64,000 nt of DNA, taken from assembly GCA_041650835.1 (NCBI GenBank), contig JBAZKL010000002.1, positions 14,477 through 78,476 on the forward strand, read 5' to 3'. Source of the DNA: Candidatus Omnitrophota bacterium (GTDB taxonomy: Bacteria; Omnitrophota; Gorgyraeia; Gygaellales; Profunditerraquicolaceae). A program made the position numbers and the translations under genes. The notes under the pieces were generated by a model, which was given only the letters and a program-made list of their open reading frames with translations, was not told the origin of the DNA and ran no database searches. This document shows positions 37,385 through 46,591 of this stretch, one piece after another; within the stretch, counting starts at the first letter, position 1; every line of letters starts with the position of its first letter.

Positions 37385-39156
37385 TGAAGTATTTCATGCG
37401 GGGCGCCTATGTTTCTGGTTTTTTTCTGTTGGTTTTAACTTGTTTTCTTTTTGTCCGGTGCGCGCACGCGCAAACTAATAGCGAACAGGCGGTGAAATCA
37501 TCGGAAACCATGCTGGCCGCGATCGAGCAGCCGGCTGCCGCCGCTCCCGAAGCTGAGGAAGCCCCTGAAGCGAAGATGAGTGAGCCGATCACCGACAGCT
37601 TGAACGCTTCAGAAAATGTAACGCTTGATTTTAAAGAAGCGGATATTAATAATGTTTTAAAGATCATTTCATATAAGGCCGGCGTTAATATCGTCGCGAC
37701 CCCTGATGTCCTCGGCAATGTAACTATTAAATTGGTTGATGTCCCCTGGGAACAGGCTTTGGACATTATCCTGAAAACGTACGGGTTTGGCTATCAGAAG
37801 CAGGGCAATGTGATCCTGGTCACGAAACTTGAGAATATGGCTAAGATCCAGGCGGAAGAAGCGTTGAAGACGGAAATTGTCACGCTTAAATTCCTTGATG
37901 CCCAGGATGCCCAAAGGATACTTATTCCGATGCTGTCTCAACGGGGTAAGATCTCTGTTTTGTATACTAAGGGGCAAAAAGGGTGGAAGTTCGGGTCTTT
38001 TAAGATCGGAAAAGAAGAAGTGGCGGCCCGTGAATTGACCAGGGAGGCAGAAACCGAGAAAACAATTGAGACGATCGCGATAGAAAGGACTGCTACCGGC
38101 TTATCCGCGATAAAGGCAGAGTTTGAGCCGTCGGTCAAATCCAAAACCCTCGTTATAACCGATACTTCATCGACATTGGACAGGATCAAGAACGTTATAC
38201 TGCCCCAGGTTGACAGGAAGCCAAAGCAGGTGCTGATTGAAACGAAGATGATGGAAGTGACCCTGGATAAACTTAAAGACGTCGGCTTTGATTGGGGGAC
38301 CGGCTCCACAGGCGCCGAATCAAGCGCTCTTACGTCCATAGACCTTAATAAAACCGGCGCCGGGACATTGGGCGCTCACGCGCTCGGGTCGGAGGTTTTA
38401 CCTTCGATATTCTCACCCAAGTCTAACAGCGCTACGCAGGGCATCGTCGGTGTTGAGCCGTATAACGCGGGTTTAGAGATCTTGTTCAAGAAGCTGACCG
38501 GTACTCAATTTGAAGCGATCCTGCACGCGCTGCAGGAGGATGTTGATACCAATACACTTTCTTCTCCTCGAATTTTAACTATTGACAATCAGGAAGCATC
38601 TATTTTGGTTGGCTTTCATACTCCGATCCTGGTTTCTGAAGTGACCGCGGGCAGTACCTCCGGCGAAGGAGCTACCGTTACTCAGACGTTGGATTATTAC
38701 CAGGAGATCGGTATCCGGCTCAATGTTGTGCCGCAGGTCAATGAAGATAATTATATTAATATGATCCTGCATCCGAGTGTGACTTCATCATCCTCAAACG
38801 TGACCGCTACATCGACGGCAGGCACGACAACGACCAATACGAATTATCCTATAATCGACGTGCGGGAGGCTCAGACTCAGGTTTTAATGAAAGACGGCGA
38901 GACGGTTGTTATCGGCGGGCTTCTCAAAGACGTAAAAAGTAAAAGTGTGATCGGTATCCCTATAATCAGTAAGATCCCGTATATCGGTACCTTCTTCAGA
39001 AGGGAAACAATTAAGACGGCAAAAGTAGACCTGCTCATATTCATTACGGCGCGCGTCGTTAACGATGATGAAACATCGGCTGAAGATATCGCGAAACTCG
39101 AAGAGCGCTTAAGCGGGTTATCGTCAAAGGCGCCGGCAAAAAAAAAGAAGCAATAA
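37381..39156 (+). CDS. pilQ: Type IV pilus secretin PilQ
   Basis: Signal peptide, N0/secretin-N domains and the C-terminal secretin motif VIGGLLKD...GIPIISKIPYIGTFF. Confidence 0.85.
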   Translation: MMKYFMRGAYVSGFFLLVLTCFLFVRCAHAQTNSEQAVKSSETMLAAIEQPAAAAPEAEEAPEAKMSEPITDSLNASENVTLDFKEADINNVLKIISYKAGVNIVATPDVLGNVTIKLVDVPWEQALDIILKTYGFGYQKQGNVILVTKLENMAKIQAEEALKTEIVTLKFLDAQDAQRILIPMLSQRGKISVLYTKGQKGWKFGSFKIGKEEVAARELTREAETEKTIETIAIERTATGLSAIKAEFEPSVKSKTLVITDTSSTLDRIKNVILPQVDRKPKQVLIETKMMEVTLDKLKDVGFDWGTGSTGAESSALTSIDLNKTGAGTLGAHALGSEVLPSIFSPKSNSATQGIVGVEPYNAGLEILFKKLTGTQFEAILHALQEDVDTNTLSSPRILTIDNQEASILVGFHTPILVSEVTAGSTSGEGATVTQTLDYYQEIGIRLNVVPQVNEDNYINMILHPSVTSSSSNVTATSTAGTTTTNTNYPIIDVREAQTQVLMKDGETVVIGGLLKDVKSKSVIGIPIISKIPYIGTFFRRETIKTAKVDLLIFITARVVNDDETSAEDIAKLEERLSGLSSKAPAKKKKQ

Positions 39157-39356
39157 AATAACAGGCATGCTTGGGTGAGCACGCACAGAAGGCGGCTTGT
39201 CCCAATCTGGATTTTAAAAATACGTTAAAAAATGCGAGTACGTAAAAGCGCAAAAAGATATAATTTTTTAAAGGATTCAGGGCTTATTTTTAAGTTAAAA
39301 CAGCCAGGCGCCCCTTGTCTTTTTGCGGTATAACGCATTCTTTTTTAAAATCAGAT

Positions 39357-39400
39357 GGGACACCCCAAAGTGCCTTAAACGCGGGTGTCCTTTTATTTTT
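39357..39400 (+). terminator. Rho-independent terminator after the pilMNOPQ run
   Basis: GGGACACCC / GGGTGTCC 8-bp stem with a 17-nt loop, followed by TTTTATTTTT. Confidence 0.55.
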
Positions 39401-39411
39401 AAAAAGAAAAC

Positions 39412-39732
39412 ATGGTTAAATTCAACTTCAGTTTTTCCAAAACAGGGTACATGAAGTATATTTCACATTTGGACCTGATGCGTTTGTTTACCCGCGCGTT
39501 TCGCCGCGCCGGATTCGCGATAAAGATGACCCAGGGGTTTAGTCCGCATCCCAAATTCAGCATCAATCGCGCGTTAAAATTAGGATTAGAGAGCCAGGAT
39601 GAACTTGCCGCTGTCAGTTTACGGGAGAGCCTGGATACACAGGATTTTCAGGAACGTTTGCAAAAGCAAATGCCTGAAGGCATAACTATTAAACAGGTAT
39701 ATGAGGAGGAAAAGTCAAAGCCCAGAGATTGA
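39412..39732 (+). CDS. TIGR03936 (DUF2344)-like radical-SAM-linked protein, short form
   Basis: N-terminus MVKFNFSFSKTGYMKYISHLDLMRLFTRAFRRAG...GFSPHPK matches the family's conserved N-terminal region. It is adjacent to an RNase E/G gene, the usual context. Confidence 0.5.
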   Translation: MVKFNFSFSKTGYMKYISHLDLMRLFTRAFRRAGFAIKMTQGFSPHPKFSINRALKLGLESQDELAAVSLRESLDTQDFQERLQKQMPEGITIKQVYEEEKSKPRD

Positions 39733-39816
39733 TCCGTTGATCCGCTTTTGGCGGTTATGAGCGTCGGGGAGATTGCCGGCGGCAATGGATAACACTGGTT
39801 TTGACCGAAAAAGAAA

Positions 39817-41307
39817 ATGGCTAAAGAAATTTTAGTTAATGTTGAACCGCAGGAAAAGAGGGTGGCTATCCTTAAGGACGGCCAGTTGGAAGAATTTTAT
39901 ATTGAACGGTCTCAGGATAAGACGATAGTAGGGAATATCTATAAAGGCAAGATCGAAGCGGTGATACCTTCTATCGCGGGAGCTTTTGTCGATATAGGGT
40001 TGGTTAAAAAAGGATTTCTTTATTTGTCGGAAATAGAAGAAACATTTGAACCCTTTTCCCGTGAGCCTGAGACGACGGCGCAGGGAGGCAGTGAGTCGCG
40101 CGCCAGCGTTGTTAAGAAAGAGATCAAGAAAGAGATCAAAAAGGGGCATGAGGTCCTGGTACAGGTCGTTAAGGAATCTTTCGGCACGAAAGGCCCCCGG
40201 CTTTCTTGTCAGCTTGGTTTGGCAGGAAGATATTTAGTGCTTATGCCGATGGATAATCAGCTGGGCGTTTCTAAACGGATCGAAGATGATGTCGAGCGCA
40301 GGCGCCTGCGTACCATACTCGCTGAATTGAAGCTCCCTAAAGATCTCGGTTACATTGTCAGGACCGCGGCCTGCGGAAAATCAAAGCAGGACCTTTCTCG
40401 CGACGCGCGTTTCCTGTTTAAATTATGGAAGCGGCTTGAGAAGATCGGCAGTAAGAAGCAATCTCCGGCTTTGATCTATGAAGAGTACGACCTGGTCCTG
40501 CGTATTATCAGAGACTCGTTTTCAGAGGATGTTTCCAAGCTTATCGTTGATTCCAAACCTGAATTTTACCGCCTGCAGCGCTTTATGCGCGCTTTCCTGG
40601 GTAACGCAGCCAGAAAGCTTGAGTTTTTCCGCGGCGACGATTTGTTCGGGGAAAAGAACATCGAAAAACAGATCAACGAAATATTTGAAAGTAAGGTTTA
40701 TTTGAGATCAAAGGCGTATTTGATCATTGAGCCGACTGAAGGATTGGTTGTGATCGACGTTAACAGCGGCGGTTTCAGGGAGAGGATCAGGCAAGAAGAA
40801 GCGGCGTTCAAGATCAACTGTGAAGCCGCTATCGAAGTGGCGCATCAGCTGCGGTTGCGGGACCTCGGCGGCATTATTGTCGTCGATTTTATCGATATGG
40901 AGAAGGAATTTCACCGGCGCGAGCTTTTAAACGTATTGAAGAAGGCGCTCTCAACAGATAAGGCAAAATACGATATCATCGGGATCTCGAAGTTCGGCTT
41001 GGTTGAAATAACCCGCGAGCGTATACATAACACCGTTCAGACGATCTCTTTTCAGACCTGCCCGTACTGCAGCGGCAAAGGAAAGATCCGTTCTGCGGTC
41101 ACCATGGCAATTTACGCGTTTAAAGAATTAAAGAAATTTATGAAGGGAAAAGAGCTAAAACAGGTTGATATCTCTTTAAATCCGATGGTCATAGATGAAA
41201 TCCAGAGGGATAAGACGAATTTACTCTTTTTTGAGCGGAAATACAAGATGAGGATCAATTTGATCCCCAATCCTACCCTTCATATAGAAGAAGTAAGGAT
41301 CGCGTGA
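39817..41307 (+). CDS. rng: Ribonuclease G (RNase E/G family)
   Basis: S1 domain (VGNIYKGKIEAVIPSIAGAFVDIG), a DNase-I-like catalytic region and a zinc link CPYCSGKG. Confidence 0.85.
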   Translation: MAKEILVNVEPQEKRVAILKDGQLEEFYIERSQDKTIVGNIYKGKIEAVIPSIAGAFVDIGLVKKGFLYLSEIEETFEPFSREPETTAQGGSESRASVVKKEIKKEIKKGHEVLVQVVKESFGTKGPRLSCQLGLAGRYLVLMPMDNQLGVSKRIEDDVERRRLRTILAELKLPKDLGYIVRTAACGKSKQDLSRDARFLFKLWKRLEKIGSKKQSPALIYEEYDLVLRIIRDSFSEDVSKLIVDSKPEFYRLQRFMRAFLGNAARKLEFFRGDDLFGEKNIEKQINEIFESKVYLRSKAYLIIEPTEGLVVIDVNSGGFRERIRQEEAAFKINCEAAIEVAHQLRLRDLGGIIVVDFIDMEKEFHRRELLNVLKKALSTDKAKYDIIGISKFGLVEITRERIHNTVQTISFQTCPYCSGKGKIRSAVTMAIYAFKELKKFMKGKELKQVDISLNPMVIDEIQRDKTNLLFFERKYKMRINLIPNPTLHIEEVRIA

Positions 41308-41405
41308 TCTGTCCGTAATTTTCTTCCTGGGCTTTTGCATTGCTAACTTGTTGGAGACAGGTCGTTTATGGCCCTGCCGGAAGCTTTCATTTTTTTAATT
41401 ATTAC

Positions 41406-41433
41406 TTGATTTTTCTGATTTTTAAGGTATACT
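41406..41433 (+). promoter_or_regulatory. Sigma-70-type promoter TTGATT-16-TATACT upstream of rplU
   Basis: Hexamers at 41406-41411 and 41428-41433. A second TATAAT follows immediately. Confidence 0.5.
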
Positions 41434-41604
41434 ATAATTTTACTAATTATGCCTTAAAGAGTTATTCTTTAGACTGCAAAGAGCGATTCTCACCGAGCAG
41501 AATTTTGCAGATAATTTGTTTTATCCCAGGCTTTAGCTTAATAACAATGCCGGGATCAATGTGTCCGGTATTAAGGCGCACGGACGTATTACAGGAGGCA
41601 CTAC

Positions 41605-41919
41605 ATGTATGCAGTAGTTGAAGTTGGAGGCAAACAGTACAAAGTTGAAAAAGGGGATGTTATTCGCGTTGAAAAATTAATTGCCGAAGAAGGCGCTGAA
41701 ATCGCGTTGGATAAGGTGCTTTTGACCGTCAAAGACGATGATATTTCAGTCGGCACTCCGTACCTCAAGGGCGCCCAGGTCACCGCGGTGTTGTTAAAGC
41801 ATGTTAAAGGTGAAAAAGTTATTTCATATAAATATCGCCGCAGAAAGTCTTCTCATTGGAAAAAGGGCCACCGCCAGAAGTTATGCGAATTGGAGATCAA
41901 ATCCATAAAAGCCGGTTAA
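41605..41919 (+). CDS. rplU: 50S ribosomal protein L21
   Basis: MYAVVEVGGKQYKVEKGDVIRVEKL. Confidence 0.9.
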   Translation: MYAVVEVGGKQYKVEKGDVIRVEKLIAEEGAEIALDKVLLTVKDDDISVGTPYLKGAQVTAVLLKHVKGEKVISYKYRRRKSSHWKKGHRQKLCELEIKSIKAG

Positions 41920-41949
41920 CTATAGTATAGCTTCAGTTTTCGTTAATAT

Positions 41950-42050
41950 CGTTTAGTTGTTTATTATCGTTAATGCCGTTTGAAGATCTAATCGGAACGA
42001 ACGATAATAACGGCATTAACGAAACTAACGAAACTAACGATAATAACGAT
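41950..42050. repeat. Tandem AACGAWAMT 9-mer repeats and an inverted repeat in the rplU-obg spacer
   Basis: aacgaaact aacgaaact aacgataat aacgataat, plus inverted copies ttattatcgttaatgccgtt / aacggcattaacg. Confidence 0.6.
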
Positions 42051-42051
42051 A

Positions 42052-43005
42052 ATGTTCATTGATAACGCTAAAATATTAGTCAAAGGCGGCAATGGCGGTA
42101 AAGGGTGTTTCAGCTTTTACCGCGATAAATATGAACGTAGAGGTGTCCCCGACGGAGGCAGGGGTGGCAGCGGGGCTGATATCATATTGCGCGCTGACCG
42201 TAACCTTCGGACACTGCTTGATTTTTCCTATAACAGGCATTTTTACGGGCACAAGGGCGGCAATGGCTCCAGCAAGAATTTGAAAGGCAAGAACGCTGCG
42301 TCTATGATAATTCGCGTTCCCTGCGGAGTTATTGTCAAAGAAATCGCGACAGATTGCGTGTTAGGGACGCTTGATGCCGACCAGGAAGAGCTCGTTGTTG
42401 CCCGGGGTGGTGAAGGCGGCCACGGCAACAAGCTTCATGATGAGGCCACCGAAGGGTTTCCCGGCGAAGAACGCGAGTTGATGCTTGATCTAAAGCTCAT
42501 CGCCGATGCCGGGCTTATCGGATTTCCGAACGCGGGAAAATCCACGCTTATTACCGATATATCTCACGCTCAATCCAAGATAGCCGCGTATCCGTTTACC
42601 ACAAAATACCCGGTGTTAGGCGTTGTCGGGGAAGATGACGAGTCTTTTGTTATCGCTGATATTCCCGGTTTGATCGAAGGTTCTCATCAAGGACGCGGCC
42701 TGGGGGACAGGTTTTTGCGGCATGTAGAACGCACAAAGATACTTATTCATATTATTGATATGGCGGGCACTGAGGGGAGAGACCCGCTTGACGATTACCG
42801 CACGATCAATGAAGAGTTAAAGGGCTATAGCCCTGAAGTTTATAAAAAACCGCAGATTTTAGTGGCAAATAAGATGGACCTGGATAACAGCCGGGAAAAT
42901 TTCCTGCGTTTTAAACAGGCCGTAAGAAAGAAGATCTATCCGATCTCCGCCTTGAAACAGGAAGGTTTGGATGAGCTCATTAAAGCCATACGAAAAAAGC
43001 TGTAA
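42052..43005 (+). CDS. obg: GTPase Obg
   Basis: Obg fold (MFIDNAKILVKGGNGGKGCFSF...) and G motifs GFPNAGKST and DIPGLIEGS. Confidence 0.9.
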   Translation: MFIDNAKILVKGGNGGKGCFSFYRDKYERRGVPDGGRGGSGADIILRADRNLRTLLDFSYNRHFYGHKGGNGSSKNLKGKNAASMIIRVPCGVIVKEIATDCVLGTLDADQEELVVARGGEGGHGNKLHDEATEGFPGEERELMLDLKLIADAGLIGFPNAGKSTLITDISHAQSKIAAYPFTTKYPVLGVVGEDDESFVIADIPGLIEGSHQGRGLGDRFLRHVERTKILIHIIDMAGTEGRDPLDDYRTINEELKGYSPEVYKKPQILVANKMDLDNSRENFLRFKQAVRKKIYPISALKQEGLDELIKAIRKKL

Positions 43006-44095
43006 AAGAATTGTTATCAAGATCGGCAGCAGCCTTTTTTGCTCCGCTCTGCAGGCGCTGGATCTGCGTATTTTTGACCGTATTGCCCGGCAATTGATCC
43101 AGTTGGTTGAAGGCGGCGCTGAGGTTGTTGTTGTTTCTTCGGGAGCGATCGCCCTGGGAATGAGTATCCTGGGGTTAAAACAACGCCCAAAAGCTTTAAG
43201 TTTGCTTCAGGCCGCCGCCGCTTTAGGGCAGAACGAATTGATGAATGCCTATAGCAAGTTTTTACGGAAAAGAGGCTTTCATGCCGCCCAAATACTTTTG
43301 ACATGGGAAGATTTTACCGAGCGCACGCGTTATTTAAACGCGAAAAATACGCTTCAAGCTCTTTTGGAATATCATAAGCATAGCGGCAGTCGACAGCCGG
43401 GTATCCCGGGTGAGCGCGTCCATAGGATCGTCCCGGTAATTAATGAAAATGATACGGTTTCTACCGATGAGATCAAGTTCGGCGATAACGACCGGCTTTC
43501 GGCGTTAGTGGCAAGCTTGATCTCCGCCGATCAATTGATAATCCTTTCTGATGTTGACGGCCTGCTTGATCGGGATAAGGCGGTCATCCCTGTCGTTGAA
43601 GAGATCACCGCTAAAATAAAAGGGCTTGCCTGCCCGACGCAAAAGAAGACCTGTGTCGGCGGCATGGTCACCAAGATAGATGCGGCAAAGATCGCGGTTG
43701 AATCGGGGATCCCCTGTGTTATTGCCAACGGGCGCAGGAAGAATATAATTGAATTAGCGGTAAAGGACCCCGGTGCCTACGGAACACTTTTTTTGCCTAA
43801 AAAAGGATTGGCTGCCCGGCAGCGCTGGATCGCTTTCGGCAGTAAGCCAAAGGGGAGCATCATGGTCGACCCCGGCGCCCAGAAAGCGTTATTGAACAAT
43901 AAAAGCCTGTTGTCTGTCGGCATTACCGGGATCGAGGGTGATTTTCAGGCGGGGGAGATCGTGCGTATCCTCGGTATCGGGGGTGAAGAATTTGCCCGCG
44001 GAAAAACCTGTATGTCAAGCAGCACCCTGGAAAAGATCAAGGGCGGCCGTTTTCATAAAGAGATCATTCATTGCGATGATATTGTTGTTATATAA
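42971..44095 (+). CDS. proB: Glutamate 5-kinase ProB (with PUA domain)
   Basis: Amino-acid kinase fold (RIVIKIGSS) and a C-terminal PUA domain. Confidence 0.85.
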   Translation: MSSLKPYEKSCKRIVIKIGSSLFCSALQALDLRIFDRIARQLIQLVEGGAEVVVVSSGAIALGMSILGLKQRPKALSLLQAAAALGQNELMNAYSKFLRKRGFHAAQILLTWEDFTERTRYLNAKNTLQALLEYHKHSGSRQPGIPGERVHRIVPVINENDTVSTDEIKFGDNDRLSALVASLISADQLIILSDVDGLLDRDKAVIPVVEEITAKIKGLACPTQKKTCVGGMVTKIDAAKIAVESGIPCVIANGRRKNIIELAVKDPGAYGTLFLPKKGLAARQRWIAFGSKPKGSIMVDPGAQKALLNNKSLLSVGITGIEGDFQAGEIVRILGIGGEEFARGKTCMSSSTLEKIKGGRFHKEIIHCDDIVVI

Positions 44096-44117
44096 TTTAG
44101 CTGTTTAGGAGCCGGTT

Positions 44118-45374
44118 ATGAAGCTTAAAGAAGAATTATTGAGGGCCGCGCGGGGAGCCAAGGATGCGTATCGCCATAGCTGTAGTATTTCTTCCGGTGT
44201 AAAGGACCAGGCGCTTAAAGATATGGCTGCGGCGTTACTGGTAAATCAAGACCGCCTTATAAATGCGAATCGATTGGACCTTAAGGCCGCAGCGGAGAAG
44301 GGGGTCCGGGGAGCGCTCATTGACCGCCTTACGCTTACCGGGCAGCGTATAAAACAGATGTCCGATTCTCTCCTTGAGATCGCCGCGCTGGCAGACCCGG
44401 TCGGAGAGGTCATTAAAGCCTGGCGCAGGCCGAACGGTCTGTGGATACATAAAGTAAGGGTTGCCATCGGGGTGATCGCTATCATTTATGAATCCCGCCC
44501 AAATGTTACCTCTGATTGTATCGGATTGTGTTTTAAATCGGGAAATAGCGTGATCTTGCGGGGTGGAAGCGAAGCCCTTCATTCTAATATTTGTATTTTT
44601 AACCTGTTGCGCGATTGCCTGCTCAAGCACGGCGTTGACGCCGGCATGATCAATATGGTTACGACCGCCAATAGGCGCGCGGTCACGGAATTACTCCAGC
44701 TTGACCGATATATCGACCTGGTGATGCCCCGGGGAGGAGAGGCTTTGATCAGGAAAGTTGCGGAAGTTTCCCGTATTCCGGTGATCAAGCATTATAAGGG
44801 GATATGCCATGTTTTCGTCGACGAGCACGCGGACAGGCAGATGGCTGAAAAGATAAGCTTTAACGCCAAGGTCCAAAGGCCCGGCGTTTGTAACGCGATG
44901 GAGTGCCTTTTAGTCCATAAGAATATCGCGGCGAAATTCCTCCCGTCAATGATCAGGAAGTTTATTGATGCGGGAGTTGAAATCCGCGGATGCCCGCTCA
45001 CAGCGAAGCTGGTTAAAGGCGTTGTTCCCGCGAAAGAAAAAGATTATTATACCGAATACCTTGATTTGAAGCTTTCGGTCAAGGTCGTCTCGAGCCTGGC
45101 GGAAGCTATAGAACATATTAACCGCTACGGTTCAGGGCACTCCGACTCCATTGTTACCGAGCGGTATGAGAACGCGATGGATTTTTTGCGGCAGGTTGAT
45201 TCCGCGTGCGTATACGTTAACGCGTCAACGCGTTTTACCGACGGACACCAGTTCGGCATGGGCGCGGAGATAGGGATCTCTACCGATAAATTGCACGCGC
45301 GCGGCCCCATGGGGCTTGAAGAATTAACTACGTATAAGTACCTTGTTTTCGGGAATGGCCAGGTCAGGAAATAA
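44118..45374 (+). CDS. proA: Gamma-glutamyl phosphate reductase ProA
   Basis: Aldehyde dehydrogenase fold with active-site Cys (GICHVFVDE...CNAMEC). Confidence 0.85.
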   Translation: MKLKEELLRAARGAKDAYRHSCSISSGVKDQALKDMAAALLVNQDRLINANRLDLKAAAEKGVRGALIDRLTLTGQRIKQMSDSLLEIAALADPVGEVIKAWRRPNGLWIHKVRVAIGVIAIIYESRPNVTSDCIGLCFKSGNSVILRGGSEALHSNICIFNLLRDCLLKHGVDAGMINMVTTANRRAVTELLQLDRYIDLVMPRGGEALIRKVAEVSRIPVIKHYKGICHVFVDEHADRQMAEKISFNAKVQRPGVCNAMECLLVHKNIAAKFLPSMIRKFIDAGVEIRGCPLTAKLVKGVVPAKEKDYYTEYLDLKLSVKVVSSLAEAIEHINRYGSGHSDSIVTERYENAMDFLRQVDSACVYVNASTRFTDGHQFGMGAEIGISTDKLHARGPMGLEELTTYKYLVFGNGQVRK

Positions 45375-45383
45375 AGGAGCCTT

Positions 45384-45950
45384 GTGAAGATCGGGATACT
45401 CGGCGGGACGTTCAATCCTATTCATGTGGGGCATTTGATCCTGGCTGAAGAGGTGCGGGAAAAGCTGTTCCTGGATAAGATCATTTTCATGCCGGCGTAT
45501 TTGCCGCCGCATAAGAATAATTCTCATATCATTGAAGCCCGGTACCGTTTTGAGATGATCCAGGCGGCGATCAGGGAAAATCCGTATTTGAGCGTTTCCG
45601 ATATCGAGATCAACCGGCAGGGCCGCTCGTATACGATCGATACGATCGTCGAGTTAAAAAAGCTTTACCCCGCCGATGAGCTTTATTTTATTACCGGCTC
45701 CGACCTGCTGAAGTACCTTGATGACTGGAAAGACTTAAGCCAGATCATCAGTATGGTGAAGTTTGTGGTGGCAACCAGGCCCGGTTACGCGCTGGAAAAA
45801 ATACCCGCGTATATCGCGACGGTGGCGATACGCGCGGTTGACATCTCGGCTTTCGAGGTCAGGGACGCGATCAAGGACAATAAATCGTTTAGGTACCTGG
45901 TGCCGGAATCGGTTTATAAATACATTACCAAGAACAATTTGTACCGATGA
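45384..45950 (+). CDS. nadD: Nicotinate-nucleotide adenylyltransferase NadD
   Basis: GILGGTFNPIHVGHL (HxGH motif). Confidence 0.85.
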   Translation: MKIGILGGTFNPIHVGHLILAEEVREKLFLDKIIFMPAYLPPHKNNSHIIEARYRFEMIQAAIRENPYLSVSDIEINRQGRSYTIDTIVELKKLYPADELYFITGSDLLKYLDDWKDLSQIISMVKFVVATRPGYALEKIPAYIATVAIRAVDISAFEVRDAIKDNKSFRYLVPESVYKYITKNNLYR

Positions 45951-46591
45951 GAATAAAGGTTTCACCTTCAATATTGTCGGCTGATTTCAGCTGTTTGGCG
46001 CAGGAAATAAAGAGAGTTGAGCGAGCCGGCGCCGATATGCTCCATGTCGATGTAATGGACGGCCATTTTGTCCCGAATATTACCATCGGGCCGGCCGTGG
46101 TGAAAGATATCCGTAAGGTCACGTCTCTTCCTTTGGATGTGCATTTGATGATCGAGCATCCCGAGGATTACGTGGAAAGTTTCTTGAAAGCCGGAAGCGA
46201 TATGATCACGTTTCATATTGAGACGATCACGAGCGGTGAATTGCGTAAACAATCTTTAGCGCTTAAGGCAAAAGGCATTCAGGTGGGTGTATCGTTAAAT
46301 CCGAAGACTCCGCTTGAGCGGATCGCCGGGGTCCTTGACTGCGTTGATTTTGTGCTGGTGATGACGGTCAATCCCGGCTTTGGCGGGCAGGAATTCATGC
46401 CGGAAGTCCTCGCCAAGATTAAAGAGCTAAAGGGTATCTTCGGCGGAGATATCGCGGTTGACGGCGGGATAAACGAGTTAACGGCTCAAGATGCGGTGCG
46501 TGCGGGGGCAAATGTTTTAGCCGCGGGCTCTTACATTTTTTCGGCAAAAGATACTTTACAGGCAATCGAAAGGATCAGAAATGCACGGTAA
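45947..46591 (+). CDS. rpe: Ribulose-phosphate 3-epimerase
   Basis: SILSADF...HVDVMDGHFVPN. Confidence 0.9.
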   Translation: MRIKVSPSILSADFSCLAQEIKRVERAGADMLHVDVMDGHFVPNITIGPAVVKDIRKVTSLPLDVHLMIEHPEDYVESFLKAGSDMITFHIETITSGELRKQSLALKAKGIQVGVSLNPKTPLERIAGVLDCVDFVLVMTVNPGFGGQEFMPEVLAKIKELKGIFGGDIAVDGGINELTAQDAVRAGANVLAAGSYIFSAKDTLQAIERIRNAR

